DNA of 52,315 bases from a virus (IMGVR_UViG_3300042562_002373:1-52315); one strand, 5' to 3'; positions 18,041 to 28,113 are shown, counted from the stretch's first letter. Notes: generated by a model from the letters alone, not told the origin. Made by a program: numbers and translations.

Positions 18041-18361
18041 TTAATTGGTAGATGTCCTAACTTCTTCAATAATATTTCTAATCTCTGCTTTTCCCTTACC
18101 ACCAGAAAATCTAGTAACTATTTCACCATTTTTAACAAACACTACATTAGGGATACCTCTAACATTAAATTTGTTAGCGATTGCTGGTTGTTCATCAACA
18201 TTTATTTTAAGAATTTTAACATCTTTATCTTCAGCATATTCTTTAATTAATTCATCGATTGTAGGTGTTAACATTCTACATGGTCCGCACCATTCAGCAT
18301 AGAAGTCTAATACTGTAATTTGTTTATCTAACAAATCTTTTGGAATTTCATTTTCACTCAT
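18041..18361 (-). CDS. trxA: Thioredoxin
   Basis: DFYAEWCGPCRML, cis-Pro motif RGIP. Confidence 0.95.
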   Translation of the reverse strand: MSENEIPKDLLDKQITVLDFYAEWCGPCRMLTPTIDELIKEYAEDKDVKILKINVDEQPAIANKFNVRGIPNVVFVKNGEIVTRFSGGKGKAEIRNIIEEVRTSTN

Positions 18362-18431
18362 AATTTTACTTTTTATCTTTTCTCTTATACTTATAATTAT
18401 AATAATTTTTTTTTAAATATAAATAACTTAA

Positions 18432-18527
18432 ATGCACTATTTTTCAAACATCGCGAAGGACACTCAGAATACACCAGTAGCTGACGAGTGGGATGATTTT
18501 GGAGACCTTATTGATTTCGGGTTTTAA
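18432..18527 (+). CDS. 31-aa acidic peptide
   Basis: Manual translation: MHYFSNIAKDTQNTPVADEWDDFGDLIDFGF*. Confidence 0.45.
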   Translation: MHYFSNIAKDTQNTPVADEWDDFGDLIDFGF

Positions 18528-18550
18528 AGATTAGCATATTAATATGGGGT

Positions 18551-18586
18551 CACTTAAAACCACATATTAATATGTGGTTTTAAGTG
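18551..18586. repeat. Perfect 36-bp loopless palindrome
   Basis: cacttaaaaccacatatt|aatatgtggttttaagtg; core catattaatatg also present at 18535-18546. Confidence 0.95.
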
Positions 18587-18723
18587 CGTTCTTCATTAAT
18601 TTTTAGGAACCAGATAAACATAAACGTTAAAGCACAATTAAATGTGAAATCTGGAGTGTTAATAGTTCTATATGTTAAATATAGAAATGCTATTATTGTT
18701 GCGTGTAATATAATCTTTATCAT
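18580..18723 (-). CDS. 47-aa two-TM membrane peptide
   Basis: Manual translation MIKIILHATIIAFLYL...FMFIWFLKINEERT*; ATGA overlap with upstream stop. Confidence 0.55.
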   Translation of the reverse strand: MIKIILHATIIAFLYLTYRTINTPDFTFNCALTFMFIWFLKINEERT

Positions 18724-19208
18724 TCCCAATTAGTTTTTATCATTTTAACTTTAAAATGAGGTTTAAATTTGTACCTAGGTATTACATAACCTTTAGTATT
18801 ACTACCAGCATCACCAGAAAACTCTTTCACTTCAAATTCATTACTATTTATTAAATTCTTAAGTTTATCCGTTTTGATAAACCATGCTTCTTTTAAATAA
18901 GGGTAGTAATTTACGTAGTAATCCGCTTCAGTTACGTTAATACCAGAATCCTTACCTCTACACTCAAACTCAACAAATAAATTGTTAGTATCTGAATGTG
19001 GTAAACAGTATACATCAGTTTTAACTTCAAAGGTAGAAACCTTAACTAAGGAACCACCTTTATCAACTGGTAATGACATTTCCAAATCATACCTATAATC
19101 TTTATTATCAGAAATAAATGTATAACCATTTGATTCTAAGAAGTCTTTAATAATTAGCTCTCCTTTTTCACCTTGAGTAACATCTTCTGTAAAACTATAT
19201 TCAGCCAT
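18720..19208 (-). CDS. PD-(D/E)XK nuclease-fold protein
   Basis: GEKGE helix, YDL, FEVKTD, NLFVEFEC..SGI..TEADY. Confidence 0.75.
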   Translation of the reverse strand: MAEYSFTEDVTQGEKGELIIKDFLESNGYTFISDNKDYRYDLEMSLPVDKGGSLVKVSTFEVKTDVYCLPHSDTNNLFVEFECRGKDSGINVTEADYYVNYYPYLKEAWFIKTDKLKNLINSNEFEVKEFSGDAGSNTKGYVIPRYKFKPHFKVKMIKTNWE

Positions 19209-19209
19209 A

Positions 19210-19890
19210 TTAATAATATTTTACAATACCCATAACCTCGTCATACTCAACGTCAACTGGTAGATTGGCGTAGCTATATGCCTCATTTAAAACTGATGCA
19301 TTGATAAATTCAATATCATTTACTCTAATTGAACCATAACCTTGATGGATATGACCAAATACATTTACCTTTGGTTTAATTTCCATTACTCGTTCAAGTA
19401 ATTCTTCACAACCAGCATAAAACGCATCTCTAACAACATAATCTAATATCTTATTAGGTGGACCATGTGTAATCAAAATATCAGTATCAGCTGGAATAGC
19501 TTGCCATTTAGACATAATACCTGGTCCTTTTCTTGGTAGATTAAACGCCCAATCATAAAACCATGGTTGCCATGGTGAACCATAGATTTTAATTCCATCA
19601 ATAACAACTTCACTATCTTGTAGATAAGTTATATTTGGATATTCATCAAGTATTCTTTTAAATAAGTTAGGGTTATTCTCAGCTAATCTATCGTGATTAC
19701 CAGCGATAAAAATCTTATGTTCATAGTTATTTAACCCACTGAACCATTCACAGAAGTCCTTTACCTCTGTCTCATAATAACCACTGGTCATAATATCACC
19801 AGCATGAATAATCATATCACCACCAATTAAATCGTTCGTTAATTGACGATGTTTTTGATGTGTATCCGAAATAAATGTAATTTTTTTCAT
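19210..19890 (-). CDS. Metallophosphoesterase (calcineurin-like)
   Basis: SDTH, HAGD, AGNHD, ITHGPP, FGHIH. Confidence 0.92.
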   Translation of the reverse strand: MKKITFISDTHQKHRQLTNDLIGGDMIIHAGDIMTSGYYETEVKDFCEWFSGLNNYEHKIFIAGNHDRLAENNPNLFKRILDEYPNITYLQDSEVVIDGIKIYGSPWQPWFYDWAFNLPRKGPGIMSKWQAIPADTDILITHGPPNKILDYVVRDAFYAGCEELLERVMEIKPKVNVFGHIHQGYGSIRVNDIEFINASVLNEAYSYANLPVDVEYDEVMGIVKYY

Positions 19891-19903
19891 TATTTATAAT
19901 TTG

Positions 19904-20521
19904 TTAATCCCAAAAACGTTCTATATTCTCATCTAATAATTTAAATAGTAATTTACGACTACGTTTTTGATTCTCATGTGCAATTTCCATTGCGTATATC
20001 TTCTTATTCTCTTTCTCATTCTCGTCTCTGGTAAATAAATTCAATTCACCACTAACTGCTCTCTTATATTGTCTAGGATATCTTTCAAAATACTCATCAA
20101 ATCTTTCAGAGATTAAGTTTATTTCTAATCTCTTAGAATCTTTATATTTCTCTGGAATATCATCTTCATCAGTGATATCTAAAAAATTAAATTCAGATTC
20201 ATGATATTCCATGTATTCCATATCATATAAGTCTTCTTGTTGGATAGCAATTAATCTTGCAGCCAACATCATTAACTCAGCGTCTCTTTGTGCTCTAGTA
20301 TGTCTATTCTTAGTGGAAATATATACTGCTTGATTCTCTAATTTAACCCTAAGGACTTCATAGATATAAAATTGGTCATAATCACGGTCTTTCCATATTG
20401 TTGGAAACCATCTTATTAAATTTTTTACACCTTGTATTATTTCTCTATGCAAATGTTTTGCATCATACTTAATCCATCTGATAACTTTATCAAATGTTGT
20501 TTCTACGTATTCTTCGCTCAT
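19904..20521 (-). CDS. Hypothetical phage protein
   Basis: 205 aa; W..IWKDRDYD and C-terminal LF.LL..NIE.FWD. Confidence 0.75.
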   Translation of the reverse strand: MSEEYVETTFDKVIRWIKYDAKHLHREIIQGVKNLIRWFPTIWKDRDYDQFYIYEVLRVKLENQAVYISTKNRHTRAQRDAELMMLAARLIAIQQEDLYDMEYMEYHESEFNFLDITDEDDIPEKYKDSKRLEINLISERFDEYFERYPRQYKRAVSGELNLFTRDENEKENKKIYAMEIAHENQKRSRKLLFKLLDENIERFWD

Positions 20522-20522
20522 A

Positions 20523-20771
20523 TTATTGAATTAAATCATCTATTATTATACCATTCTCATACATTAACTCACTTATCTGTTGGAATACCAAATAAACTCC
20601 ATCATGTATATCTGAATCAGCTTCTTGAGCCTCAGCAATTGATTCACATCTTCTTTTTAGGTTAGTTTGTAACTCAAATAAAACTATTGCCATATCCAAT
20701 GATTTAACAGCTCTCATGTGGGCCATTCTATCATCTGGGTTGTCTAAATCAAACTCTAAAGTTGCTTTCAT
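20523..20771 (-). CDS. Hypothetical protein
   Basis: MKATLEFDL; follows TATATTTG box at 20795-20802. Confidence 0.75.
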   Translation of the reverse strand: MKATLEFDLDNPDDRMAHMRAVKSLDMAIVLFELQTNLKRRCESIAEAQEADSDIHDGVYLVFQQISELMYENGIIIDDLIQ

Positions 20772-20848
20772 ATTATATATATTTTAATTAAACACAAATA
20801 TAGTCAATTTTTACATAAAATGAAATATTTATAATAAAAAACTTTTTT

Positions 20849-21601
20849 ATGAGAGATTTTATTAAAGAAAATTTAAGAATACAGTTAGAAAACTTATTAT
20901 ATGAGTATCACGAAAATTTTGATGAAATACCTGACTCAATTAGATATCCAGAAACGAGAGTTCGTTCTAAAGAACAATTAATTAAATTGTCTGAGTTAGC
21001 TAAAAAACTAAATAATCAGTATCGTGATATATTTGGTGGTATTAATGATGGTGATGGAACATATACATTTAAAATTACTAAATCAGGTAATGGATTTTTA
21101 ATTGTACATGATAACGGTAAAGATGATAGGGATTATAGATTAGGTCAAGAAGGTAAAGCGTTAAGATTAAACGCTAATGCTTTTGGTAGTCAAGGTGATA
21201 AGTCTGATAAAACAGTTTTTTTTCCAATTGTTGACGCTAAAATTAAATTATTAGCTGATGATGAATCAATTAAAAATATTATGGATTTTGATTTTGAAGG
21301 GAGTTATACCGCTGATGACCAATTAGAAAAAAATAAAGAATTATCAACACAAAGTGTTGCTAGTGATGAATTTGATAAAAGAGAGAAACTTAATAGAGCA
21401 ACACGTAAAAATACATTAAGTATTAATGAACCTGATGCGACTGAAAGTAAAGAATATAAAGATGCAGTACGTATATATCAAAACTTATTACCATTATATA
21501 AAGAAAAAAGTAAAAAGGGTGAAGATATTGAACCATTAAAAACTAGATTAGATGATTTAAAAGCTATAATAGATAAAATTAATCCTAATTATGGAAAATA
21601 A
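20849..21601 (+). CDS. Hypothetical protein with leader-like N-terminus
   Basis: MRDFIKENLRIQLENLLYE; ATATTTAT at 20825. Confidence 0.75.
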   Translation: MRDFIKENLRIQLENLLYEYHENFDEIPDSIRYPETRVRSKEQLIKLSELAKKLNNQYRDIFGGINDGDGTYTFKITKSGNGFLIVHDNGKDDRDYRLGQEGKALRLNANAFGSQGDKSDKTVFFPIVDAKIKLLADDESIKNIMDFDFEGSYTADDQLEKNKELSTQSVASDEFDKREKLNRATRKNTLSINEPDATESKEYKDAVRIYQNLLPLYKEKSKKGEDIEPLKTRLDDLKAIIDKINPNYGK

Positions 21602-21989
21602 TATTAAACAATTATTAAGAGAGCAAATTGAAATAATGCCTAAAAAGGTTATCGTTGAAAAGTTTCTTGATTTCGTAAAAGATAATCTAGAATTAACTAA
21701 ACCATTTAAATTAACTCTAACTTCAAATAAAGATGGTATTAGAACTACTGCTGTGTATAATCATGTAGAAAATACTGTTACTATCTATATTAAGAATAGA
21801 GCATTGGTTGATGTATTAAGGTCAGTTGCTCATGAATTAGTTCATCACCTACAAAATCAACGTGGTGAATTAGATGGGACTAAAAATGAAGGTGGCGATG
21901 GCTCACCTTGGGAAAATGAAGCCAATGCCAAAGCTGGTGAATTGATTCGTATATTTGGTAGACAGAATCCAGAAATATACGAATCTTAA
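21591..21989 (+). CDS. HExxH zinc metallopeptidase-like protein
   Basis: SVAHELVHHLQ...WENEANAKAG; leader MENNIKQLLRE. Confidence 0.8.
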   Translation: MENNIKQLLREQIEIMPKKVIVEKFLDFVKDNLELTKPFKLTLTSNKDGIRTTAVYNHVENTVTIYIKNRALVDVLRSVAHELVHHLQNQRGELDGTKNEGGDGSPWENEANAKAGELIRIFGRQNPEIYES

Positions 21990-22382
21990 TTATTTCCTTC
22001 CGAAATCAGCTGGTATTTCACCCCATTCTTTTGTTAACCATTTATTAATGGCTACATTCTTATTTTTAAGGTACTCACAAGCTTTATCCATTCTATCTGA
22101 TACATCACCATTAAATGTTGATTTATGTTCCTTATTTCGCACCCATGCGATTGCTGTAACACTATCAGAATATACTGGCATATCCTTTAACTTATTTTTC
22201 CTAATGTAATGTACTGCATGTACCGCAGCTAAGAACTCAGCAACATTATTTGTACCCATACCTAAATGTTCTTCAAATATTATTTCGCCTGATTCTAAAT
22301 CAACGCCACGATAGAAACATGGACCTGGATTTCCCTCAGTTCCACCATCAACACATATTCCTCTTTTTGGTTTTTCACTCAT
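21990..22382 (-). CDS. rnhA: Ribonuclease HI
   Basis: VDGG..GNPG, GTNNVAEFLA, YSDS..AIAWV, KW.T..WGEIPADFGRK. Confidence 0.92.
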   Translation of the reverse strand: MSEKPKRGICVDGGTEGNPGPCFYRGVDLESGEIIFEEHLGMGTNNVAEFLAAVHAVHYIRKNKLKDMPVYSDSVTAIAWVRNKEHKSTFNGDVSDRMDKACEYLKNKNVAINKWLTKEWGEIPADFGRK

Positions 22383-22393
22383 ATTTTTATTTA

Positions 22394-23551
22394 TTAAAAT
22401 GGTAACGCTACTTCTGGTTTATTATATTCATTATTATAATCTTCTTCTGACATACCAAGCATTTTAACGTTGAATTCCTTAATGTATTTTTGTACCATTT
22501 CATCTAACCCAACTGGTGCATTGCAATTGTTATAACCTCTAAATTGACCATATACTAATCCTTTGTCACTCCAGTCTTTTCTAACTTCTAAAGTATAACC
22601 ATCAATATGGTAAATACCACATGTATGTGATTCTACTCTATTAACATAAGTTGCAACACAATGTTTATTCTTTTTACCTTCAATACACATCTCCTTAGTT
22701 GTAGTTAATATAGTGAAATTAGCGAACTCAGAAAATTTAAGGAATATTGGATGAATAACCATTTTTCTATCAGCATCCATATACGTAATATCAGTAATTT
22801 CTTCTGACCATAAATCATGCATCTCCTTTAGACGTTTTAACTTCCATTTACAGTTTACCTTTCTATTTAAAACTCTAGCCATTTTAACAGTATCTGTAAA
22901 TAACATAGTATTAGTTTTAATAAGTTCAGCGTCAAATGATGTAATATTCTCAAGATATTCTAAATTCTTTTTAAAATGATTTATAAACATTTGAACATCA
23001 TGATTATATGTTTTTTCATTCACCTCATGAATTGCATTACCAACTGGATATGGTACATTATAAGTATGTAAGATTGCTTTCTTATATGAATACAATTTCT
23101 TACTAACTATGGTATTGAAAGCTATGTTAGTTAATATATTTTTCTCTTCTACAAATCTTAACCATGTAAAATTCTCTTTTAAATATTCAATAACTGGGTG
23201 ACACCATTGACCGAAAGCTGAATGTAAATTAAATAATGTTAATGGTTTAACACCACGATTAAATATTAAATAAAATTTACCATTCTTATAGCTGATATTA
23301 GCCATTCTACGTTCACTATTGTAGATTCTATTGGTCTTAGATATACCAAATGATTTCTTGAATAATACAATATTAAATGTATTACCTTCAGTAAACAAAA
23401 CTACCTTCATGTATGAATACATATCTTTAGCGTTATTCATATATATAACCCTAGCATTATAAGGGTTATTACGATACACTTCAAATAATCGTTCAACAGC
23501 TGAACATTTATCTTCAAATAATACTTTGTAATCAAAATTTTCTTTCTCCAT
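22394..23551 (-). CDS. PcfJ-like domain protein
   Basis: LKEMHD, EG..NKHCVATY, YTLEV, QFRGYNN in the C-terminal third. Confidence 0.75.
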   Translation of the reverse strand: MEKENFDYKVLFEDKCSAVERLFEVYRNNPYNARVIYMNNAKDMYSYMKVVLFTEGNTFNIVLFKKSFGISKTNRIYNSERRMANISYKNGKFYLIFNRGVKPLTLFNLHSAFGQWCHPVIEYLKENFTWLRFVEEKNILTNIAFNTIVSKKLYSYKKAILHTYNVPYPVGNAIHEVNEKTYNHDVQMFINHFKKNLEYLENITSFDAELIKTNTMLFTDTVKMARVLNRKVNCKWKLKRLKEMHDLWSEEITDITYMDADRKMVIHPIFLKFSEFANFTILTTTKEMCIEGKKNKHCVATYVNRVESHTCGIYHIDGYTLEVRKDWSDKGLVYGQFRGYNNCNAPVGLDEMVQKYIKEFNVKMLGMSEEDYNNEYNKPEVALPF

Positions 23552-23627
23552 AATTTTTTGTTTTTTGCAAATATAAGTATAAAATTGATTTATGCAAACT
23601 AATTTAATATATTTGTTAAAAAAAAGT

Positions 23628-23729
23628 ATGAAAAGAATAAGAAGTTGGTTTAGAGAATGGGTTAAGAGACATATTGTTGATACTTTACCTGATGATGATT
23701 ATAATGAATTTACTAATAAACATAGATAG
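23628..23729 (+). CDS. 33-aa peptide
   Basis: MKRIRSWFREWVKRHIVDTLPDDDYNEFTNKHR*, 12 nt after TATATTTG box (23608-23615). Confidence 0.55.
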   Translation: MKRIRSWFREWVKRHIVDTLPDDDYNEFTNKHR

Positions 23730-23785
23730 CTAACTATTGCATTTTATCTATAAAGTAACTATATTTGTAAAAAATAATATAAAAT

Positions 23786-24271
23786 ATGAGATTTAATGAA
23801 ATAAAACCGCCACAAGCGTTAAGTAATCTTACTAATACTATAAAGATGTTTCTAGCTGGTAGTATTGAGATGGGTGTAGCCGAAGATTGGCAAACAAAAG
23901 TTAGTTTAGAGTTGGAACAAAGAATCCATGGTCATGTATCTATTACTATTATTAATCCTAGACGTGAAGAATGGGATAATAGTTGGACACAATCGATTGA
24001 ATCACCACAGTTCTACCAACAAGTGAATTGGGAATTAAATGGATTAGATAAAGCTGATTATATTCTGATGTATTTCTCTCCAGAAACTAAGTCACCAATA
24101 TCATTATTAGAATTAGGATTATATGCTGCATCTGGTAAACTAATTGTATGTTGTCCTGAAGGATTCTGGAGAAAGGGTAATGTTGATATTGTATGTGAGA
24201 AATATGGAATACAAACAGTTGATACATTAGATGAATTAATTAATGTAATTGTTAATAAAATAAATAGATAA
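23786..24271 (+). CDS. Nucleoside 2-deoxyribosyltransferase-like protein
   Basis: FLAGSIEMG.A.DWQ, NPRR..WD, QVNWEL, SPISLLELGL, GFWRKGNV. Confidence 0.85.
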   Translation: MRFNEIKPPQALSNLTNTIKMFLAGSIEMGVAEDWQTKVSLELEQRIHGHVSITIINPRREEWDNSWTQSIESPQFYQQVNWELNGLDKADYILMYFSPETKSPISLLELGLYAASGKLIVCCPEGFWRKGNVDIVCEKYGIQTVDTLDELINVIVNKINR

Positions 24272-24273
24272 AA

Positions 24274-24486
24274 ATGAAGTATATTGGAATTAGTTTACTA
24301 ACTTTGGTTTTATTATCATGTACTAGTAAATTTAGGTATGAAAAAGGTGATATAACAAAATATAAGTTATATGATAATAGAGTATTAATTTTGGATACAT
24401 TTACAAAAGATAATCAACCTTGCTATAAAATAGAAGCAACTGATTGTGATAGATGTATTGAAGCAACCGATTTAGAATTAGAATAA
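24274..24486 (+). CDS. Small lipoprotein
   Basis: MKYIGISLLTLVLLS-C lipobox. Confidence 0.65.
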   Translation: MKYIGISLLTLVLLSCTSKFRYEKGDITKYKLYDNRVLILDTFTKDNQPCYKIEATDCDRCIEATDLELE

Positions 24487-24487
24487 T

Positions 24488-24865
24488 ATGGAAACACATT
24501 TTAACGTAGAGTCTATAGAGTATATTAAATTATATCCTAGTAAATTAGATGATGATTACTTATGGTTTGATGAAGAAATCAAACATATTAAAAAATTCTT
24601 TGGTTTAATCAAACGAACTGAAGTATGTCCATCTGGATGGTATAGAGTATATTGTAGTGGTTATAAAACTATATTAACATCACCACATGTGAATTATATT
24701 GTTAATGGTAATAACTTATATAGTAAAGCACGAATAGTTATAGCATTAAAAAGTGGTAGCGAGGTTTATAATAAATTTGATACTGATGAAGAATGTATTA
24801 ATTATGTTGAAGAGTTAAAAAAGAAGTGTAAAAATAAATTTGAAATTATTAGATATGAACGATAA
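24488..24865 (+). CDS. Hypothetical protein
   Basis: 125-aa ORF in operon. Confidence 0.7.
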   Translation: METHFNVESIEYIKLYPSKLDDDYLWFDEEIKHIKKFFGLIKRTEVCPSGWYRVYCSGYKTILTSPHVNYIVNGNNLYSKARIVIALKSGSEVYNKFDTDEECINYVEELKKKCKNKFEIIRYER

Positions 24866-25169
24866 ACTTACATGGGTTTGGGTAATTACCGATAATGAAG
24901 ATGGTAACGTATTATATGTTACCAATACTAGAGAGAGTGCTGATAAATTAATCTTAGAGGATTATTACTCTATTAAAGTAGGTGAAACTGAACACGAATC
25001 AAATGGTGATAAGTATTTAGGGTTTACTACTATTGAGTATTCTCATTTTGAAGATGATTTATATGGTTATTATACATTTGAATCTAATTATGATACCAGA
25101 CCTGATAGCCAGCTAAAAATACAGAGATATAATTTATTTAGTAAATATATAGACTATGCAGAAAAATGA
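24855..25169 (+). CDS. Hypothetical protein
   Basis: ATG start MNDKLTW preferred to the track's TTG. Confidence 0.65.
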   Translation: MNDKLTWVWVITDNEDGNVLYVTNTRESADKLILEDYYSIKVGETEHESNGDKYLGFTTIEYSHFEDDLYGYYTFESNYDTRPDSQLKIQRYNLFSKYIDYAEK

Positions 25170-25443
25170 ATATTATGAATTGGTTAGAATCAACGATGGT
25201 TTAACTAATAAATCTACAGATGTAACGTGGATTGAATTTAATGAAAATGGGCAAGGTAACAAAAGACATGATGAACCAGAAATAGGTTACTCGTTAGTTA
25301 TGTCACCATTTAACATGTTTTTTACATGGCAAACTACTGTTGTTACTGAAATCATTACTAATGAAGATGGTTTCGTACACTTCAAGACTCAGAATAGTGA
25401 GTACAAATTATATAAAAAAATTAAAGAAGATGAACAAGCATAG
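25156..25443 (+). CDS. Hypothetical phage protein
   Basis: FTWQTT.VTEI...FKTQNSEYKL. Confidence 0.7.
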   Translation: MQKNEYYELVRINDGLTNKSTDVTWIEFNENGQGNKRHDEPEIGYSLVMSPFNMFFTWQTTVVTEIITNEDGFVHFKTQNSEYKLYKKIKEDEQA

Positions 25444-25897
25444 AATAAATATGGGTAAAGATACACCAATTAAAAAAAATAATGGACCAACATTATCGGA
25501 ATATACCGACTTTGCTAAAAAATATTATGGTAGTTTAGATACAGTGTTTAATACTGAACCTGATGAGGTCCCATATGGTTCTATCTGCTCTTGTAATCCA
25601 ATGAATGGTGGTTCTGGTATGTGTGGTTGCATTAATGGTAATAAGATGGTACCAAACCCTAAAAAGAATGTTAGAGTAACTGAAACTATTACTGGTAATA
25701 ATACAATATTTACAAATTTTATTAATGACGTAGATAAGTATGATGAATTGTTTAAGTTATTTGATTACCTACAAGAGGAAGCTAAGAACAAACGATTATT
25801 AGCTGAGAAATCTAATGACCCAAATTACTATTATGGTATGGTGTCAGCATTTTTAGATATACAAAGTAAAATTTTAAAAACAATTAATAAAAAATAA
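25430..25897 (+). CDS. Hypothetical protein with CxCNPxNGGSGxCGC motif
   Basis: Start moved to MNKHR (25430); four-Cys metal-binding-like motif. Confidence 0.65.
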   Translation: MNKHRINMGKDTPIKKNNGPTLSEYTDFAKKYYGSLDTVFNTEPDEVPYGSICSCNPMNGGSGMCGCINGNKMVPNPKKNVRVTETITGNNTIFTNFINDVDKYDELFKLFDYLQEEAKNKRLLAEKSNDPNYYYGMVSAFLDIQSKILKTINKK

Positions 25898-25899
25898 TT

Positions 25900-26418
25900 A
25901 TGTCAGTTGTTAGATTTATTGCAGACTTACATCTTGGTCATATTAATATGGCTTTAAAACGAGGGTTCAATACTGTTGAAGACCATGATAACCATATTAT
26001 ACAATGTTGGAATAGTGTTGTACATAAACGAGATTGTACATGGATATTAGGTGATGTAACAATGGAATCTAGTAAATCGTACCAATTACTCAGTAATTTA
26101 AATGGTATGAAGAAAGTTATATTGGGTAATCACGATAGACCATCAGATATTCAAGAACTAATGAAATATGTTCAATCTATAGCTGGTATGGTTAAATATA
26201 AAGGTATTTGGTTAACACATTGTCCAGTACATGAACGAGAATTAGAATTTAGGGTACCTAGAAACATACATGGACACATTCATGAGCATAAAATAATGAC
26301 TACCATGTGGGTTGACGATGTAATATTTGATATACCAGATGATAGATATCACTGTGTATCATGTGAACAAGTAGATTATACGCCTAAAACTTTAGCTGAA
26401 CTAGGAATAGAAAGATAA
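25900..26418 (+). CDS. Metallophosphoesterase (calcineurin-like)
   Basis: ADLHLGH, LGDV, GNHD, LTHCP, NIHGHIH. Confidence 0.9.
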   Translation: MSVVRFIADLHLGHINMALKRGFNTVEDHDNHIIQCWNSVVHKRDCTWILGDVTMESSKSYQLLSNLNGMKKVILGNHDRPSDIQELMKYVQSIAGMVKYKGIWLTHCPVHERELEFRVPRNIHGHIHEHKIMTTMWVDDVIFDIPDDRYHCVSCEQVDYTPKTLAELGIER

Positions 26419-26419
26419 T

Positions 26420-26444
26420 AAAAAAGCCCTCAAGTGAGGGCTTT
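26420..26444. terminator. Bidirectional terminator
   Basis: aaagccctc-aagt-gagggcttt between convergent genes. Confidence 0.8.
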
Positions 26445-26446
26445 AA

Positions 26447-27043
26447 TTATTTAATATCGTTTGATTCGATAAGTGTATAAGTAAATGAATTACCATGAAT
26501 CTTTGATGATTTTTTTACAATCTTCATAAATTCATCAAAGTCTTTTACTCTTTTAAATACTTGACATCCTTCTGACCAGTTTTCAACCCAAGTTGAATCT
26601 TGTCCAGCTTTATGAATGTTGATTCCAAAAACACCTTCATCGATTTTATTTTCATCGTAAGTCATATCTCTATTAGCATCACGGTAAACCTTAACTGGTT
26701 TAGCTTGTCTTAATGCTTCATATTTACCTTGGTGAAGACCTAATGCATGTGAACCTCTGTATTGTCCTTCAACTAATCTTGCAACACCATTTTTATTATG
26801 GTATTCCATTACACCTTTTTTACCTGGTTCTGTTGTGTTCATCCATTGTTTAAAAACCCAATTACCAGTTTCATCTTTATATGATATTGTAATCATATCA
26901 TCAAATAAGTTAGTAACTTTATTACCAGTAGATGAATTTCTAACACCAACGATGTTAACATCATAACTTTTATTTGCGGTATCTTCGAACCACACATAAC
27001 CTTTAGCTTTTACAGCTGCTTCAATTTGTTCTTTTGTATACAT
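26447..27043 (-). CDS. YkuD / L,D-transpeptidase-like protein (putative cell-wall enzyme)
   Basis: GINIHKAG...NWSEGCQV matches the His...S.GC catalytic pattern; co-transcribed with endolysin. Confidence 0.6.
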   Translation of the reverse strand: MYTKEQIEAAVKAKGYVWFEDTANKSYDVNIVGVRNSSTGNKVTNLFDDMITISYKDETGNWVFKQWMNTTEPGKKGVMEYHNKNGVARLVEGQYRGSHALGLHQGKYEALRQAKPVKVYRDANRDMTYDENKIDEGVFGINIHKAGQDSTWVENWSEGCQVFKRVKDFDEFMKIVKKSSKIHGNSFTYTLIESNDIK

Positions 27044-27052
27044 AAAATTTAT

Positions 27053-27667
27053 TTATTTAGTTAACCATGAGTAATATCTTTTGGTTAATGAATTTCTATC
27101 ATCCAAACCATTAGTACCCCCATTTATTTTTTTAGTTATTGCTAATATTGCTGCATTATTAATTCCTTTATCAGCTATAGCCCATAATTTATTCTTATCA
27201 AAGAAGAATATTGCAGACTCAAATGAAAAGTCAGTCGCTACCAAATCTGGATTAGTTAAAATCTCTGGTTTACCCAAATGCTCTGAAAAAGCTTTATAAT
27301 TTCCCTTACCAGTGGTCTGCAACGCACCTCTGCCACGAAATAACCATCCTTCTTGAGAAGCTTCGTTACCGTTACCCATTCTATCAGCATAAACTTTTGA
27401 TGCGATTTTAACTGGCTGTCTAGCATATTGCTCAGCAGTTGTTGCGTTAAAATATTTACCAAATGTACCCACCAATCCTTTGGCACTGTAATTAAGGTTT
27501 TCACTAAACGCTGCGTAACCACCAGTTTCGTGCGCTGTCTGACCAAAGAAATGCGCTGCTCTTTCTGGTGTCATTTTAAAATAAACCATGGCTTTTCTTA
27601 ACGTATCAGGGCCAAATGAACCATCTGGGGTTGCCCCAATCTTTTCTTGTAATTTAATTAAACTCAT
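27053..27667 (-). CDS. Glycoside hydrolase family 19 endolysin
   Basis: AHFFGQTAHETGG, ENLNYS, FRGRGALQTTGKGNY, TKKINGGTNGL; N-terminal DG.FGP.TL peptidoglycan-binding-like motif. Confidence 0.92.
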   Translation of the reverse strand: MSLIKLQEKIGATPDGSFGPDTLRKAMVYFKMTPERAAHFFGQTAHETGGYAAFSENLNYSAKGLVGTFGKYFNATTAEQYARQPVKIASKVYADRMGNGNEASQEGWLFRGRGALQTTGKGNYKAFSEHLGKPEILTNPDLVATDFSFESAIFFFDKNKLWAIADKGINNAAILAITKKINGGTNGLDDRNSLTKRYYSWLTK

Positions 27668-27762
27668 TTTACTTGTTGTTTAAAAATATTTTTTTTAATT
27701 ATTATATTAATAAATAGTTTTTAATTTGAATAATTACTATATTTGTAAAAAAGAATTTAAAT

Positions 27763-28113
27763 ATGAAAGTTATTATTGCTGGTAGTAGAGGGTTCAACGA
27801 TTATGAAGTCTTATGTAAATTCTGTGATTACATAATTGGTGAGCCAGATGAAGAAGTAGAAATTGTTAGTGGAACTGCAAGAGGTGCCGATAAATTAGGT
27901 GAAAGATACGCTAATGATAGAAATTATAAAATTAAAGAGTTCCCAGCTAATTGGGATGAGCATGGTAAATCAGCTGGTTATATTAGAAATGGTGAAATGG
28001 CTGACTACGCTGATATGCTTATAGCATTTCATGATGGAGAATCAAAAGGTACTCAACATATGATTGATTTAGCAAATAAAAAAGAAATAAACGTAGCAGT
28101 TTATAAATATTAA
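27763..28113 (+). CDS. SLOG-superfamily protein (YspA / DUF2493-like)
   Basis: VIIAGSR.F, IVSGTARGAD, A.W..HGKSAG.IRN..M, DGESKGT..MI. Confidence 0.85.
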   Translation: MKVIIAGSRGFNDYEVLCKFCDYIIGEPDEEVEIVSGTARGADKLGERYANDRNYKIKEFPANWDEHGKSAGYIRNGEMADYADMLIAFHDGESKGTQHMIDLANKKEINVAVYKY

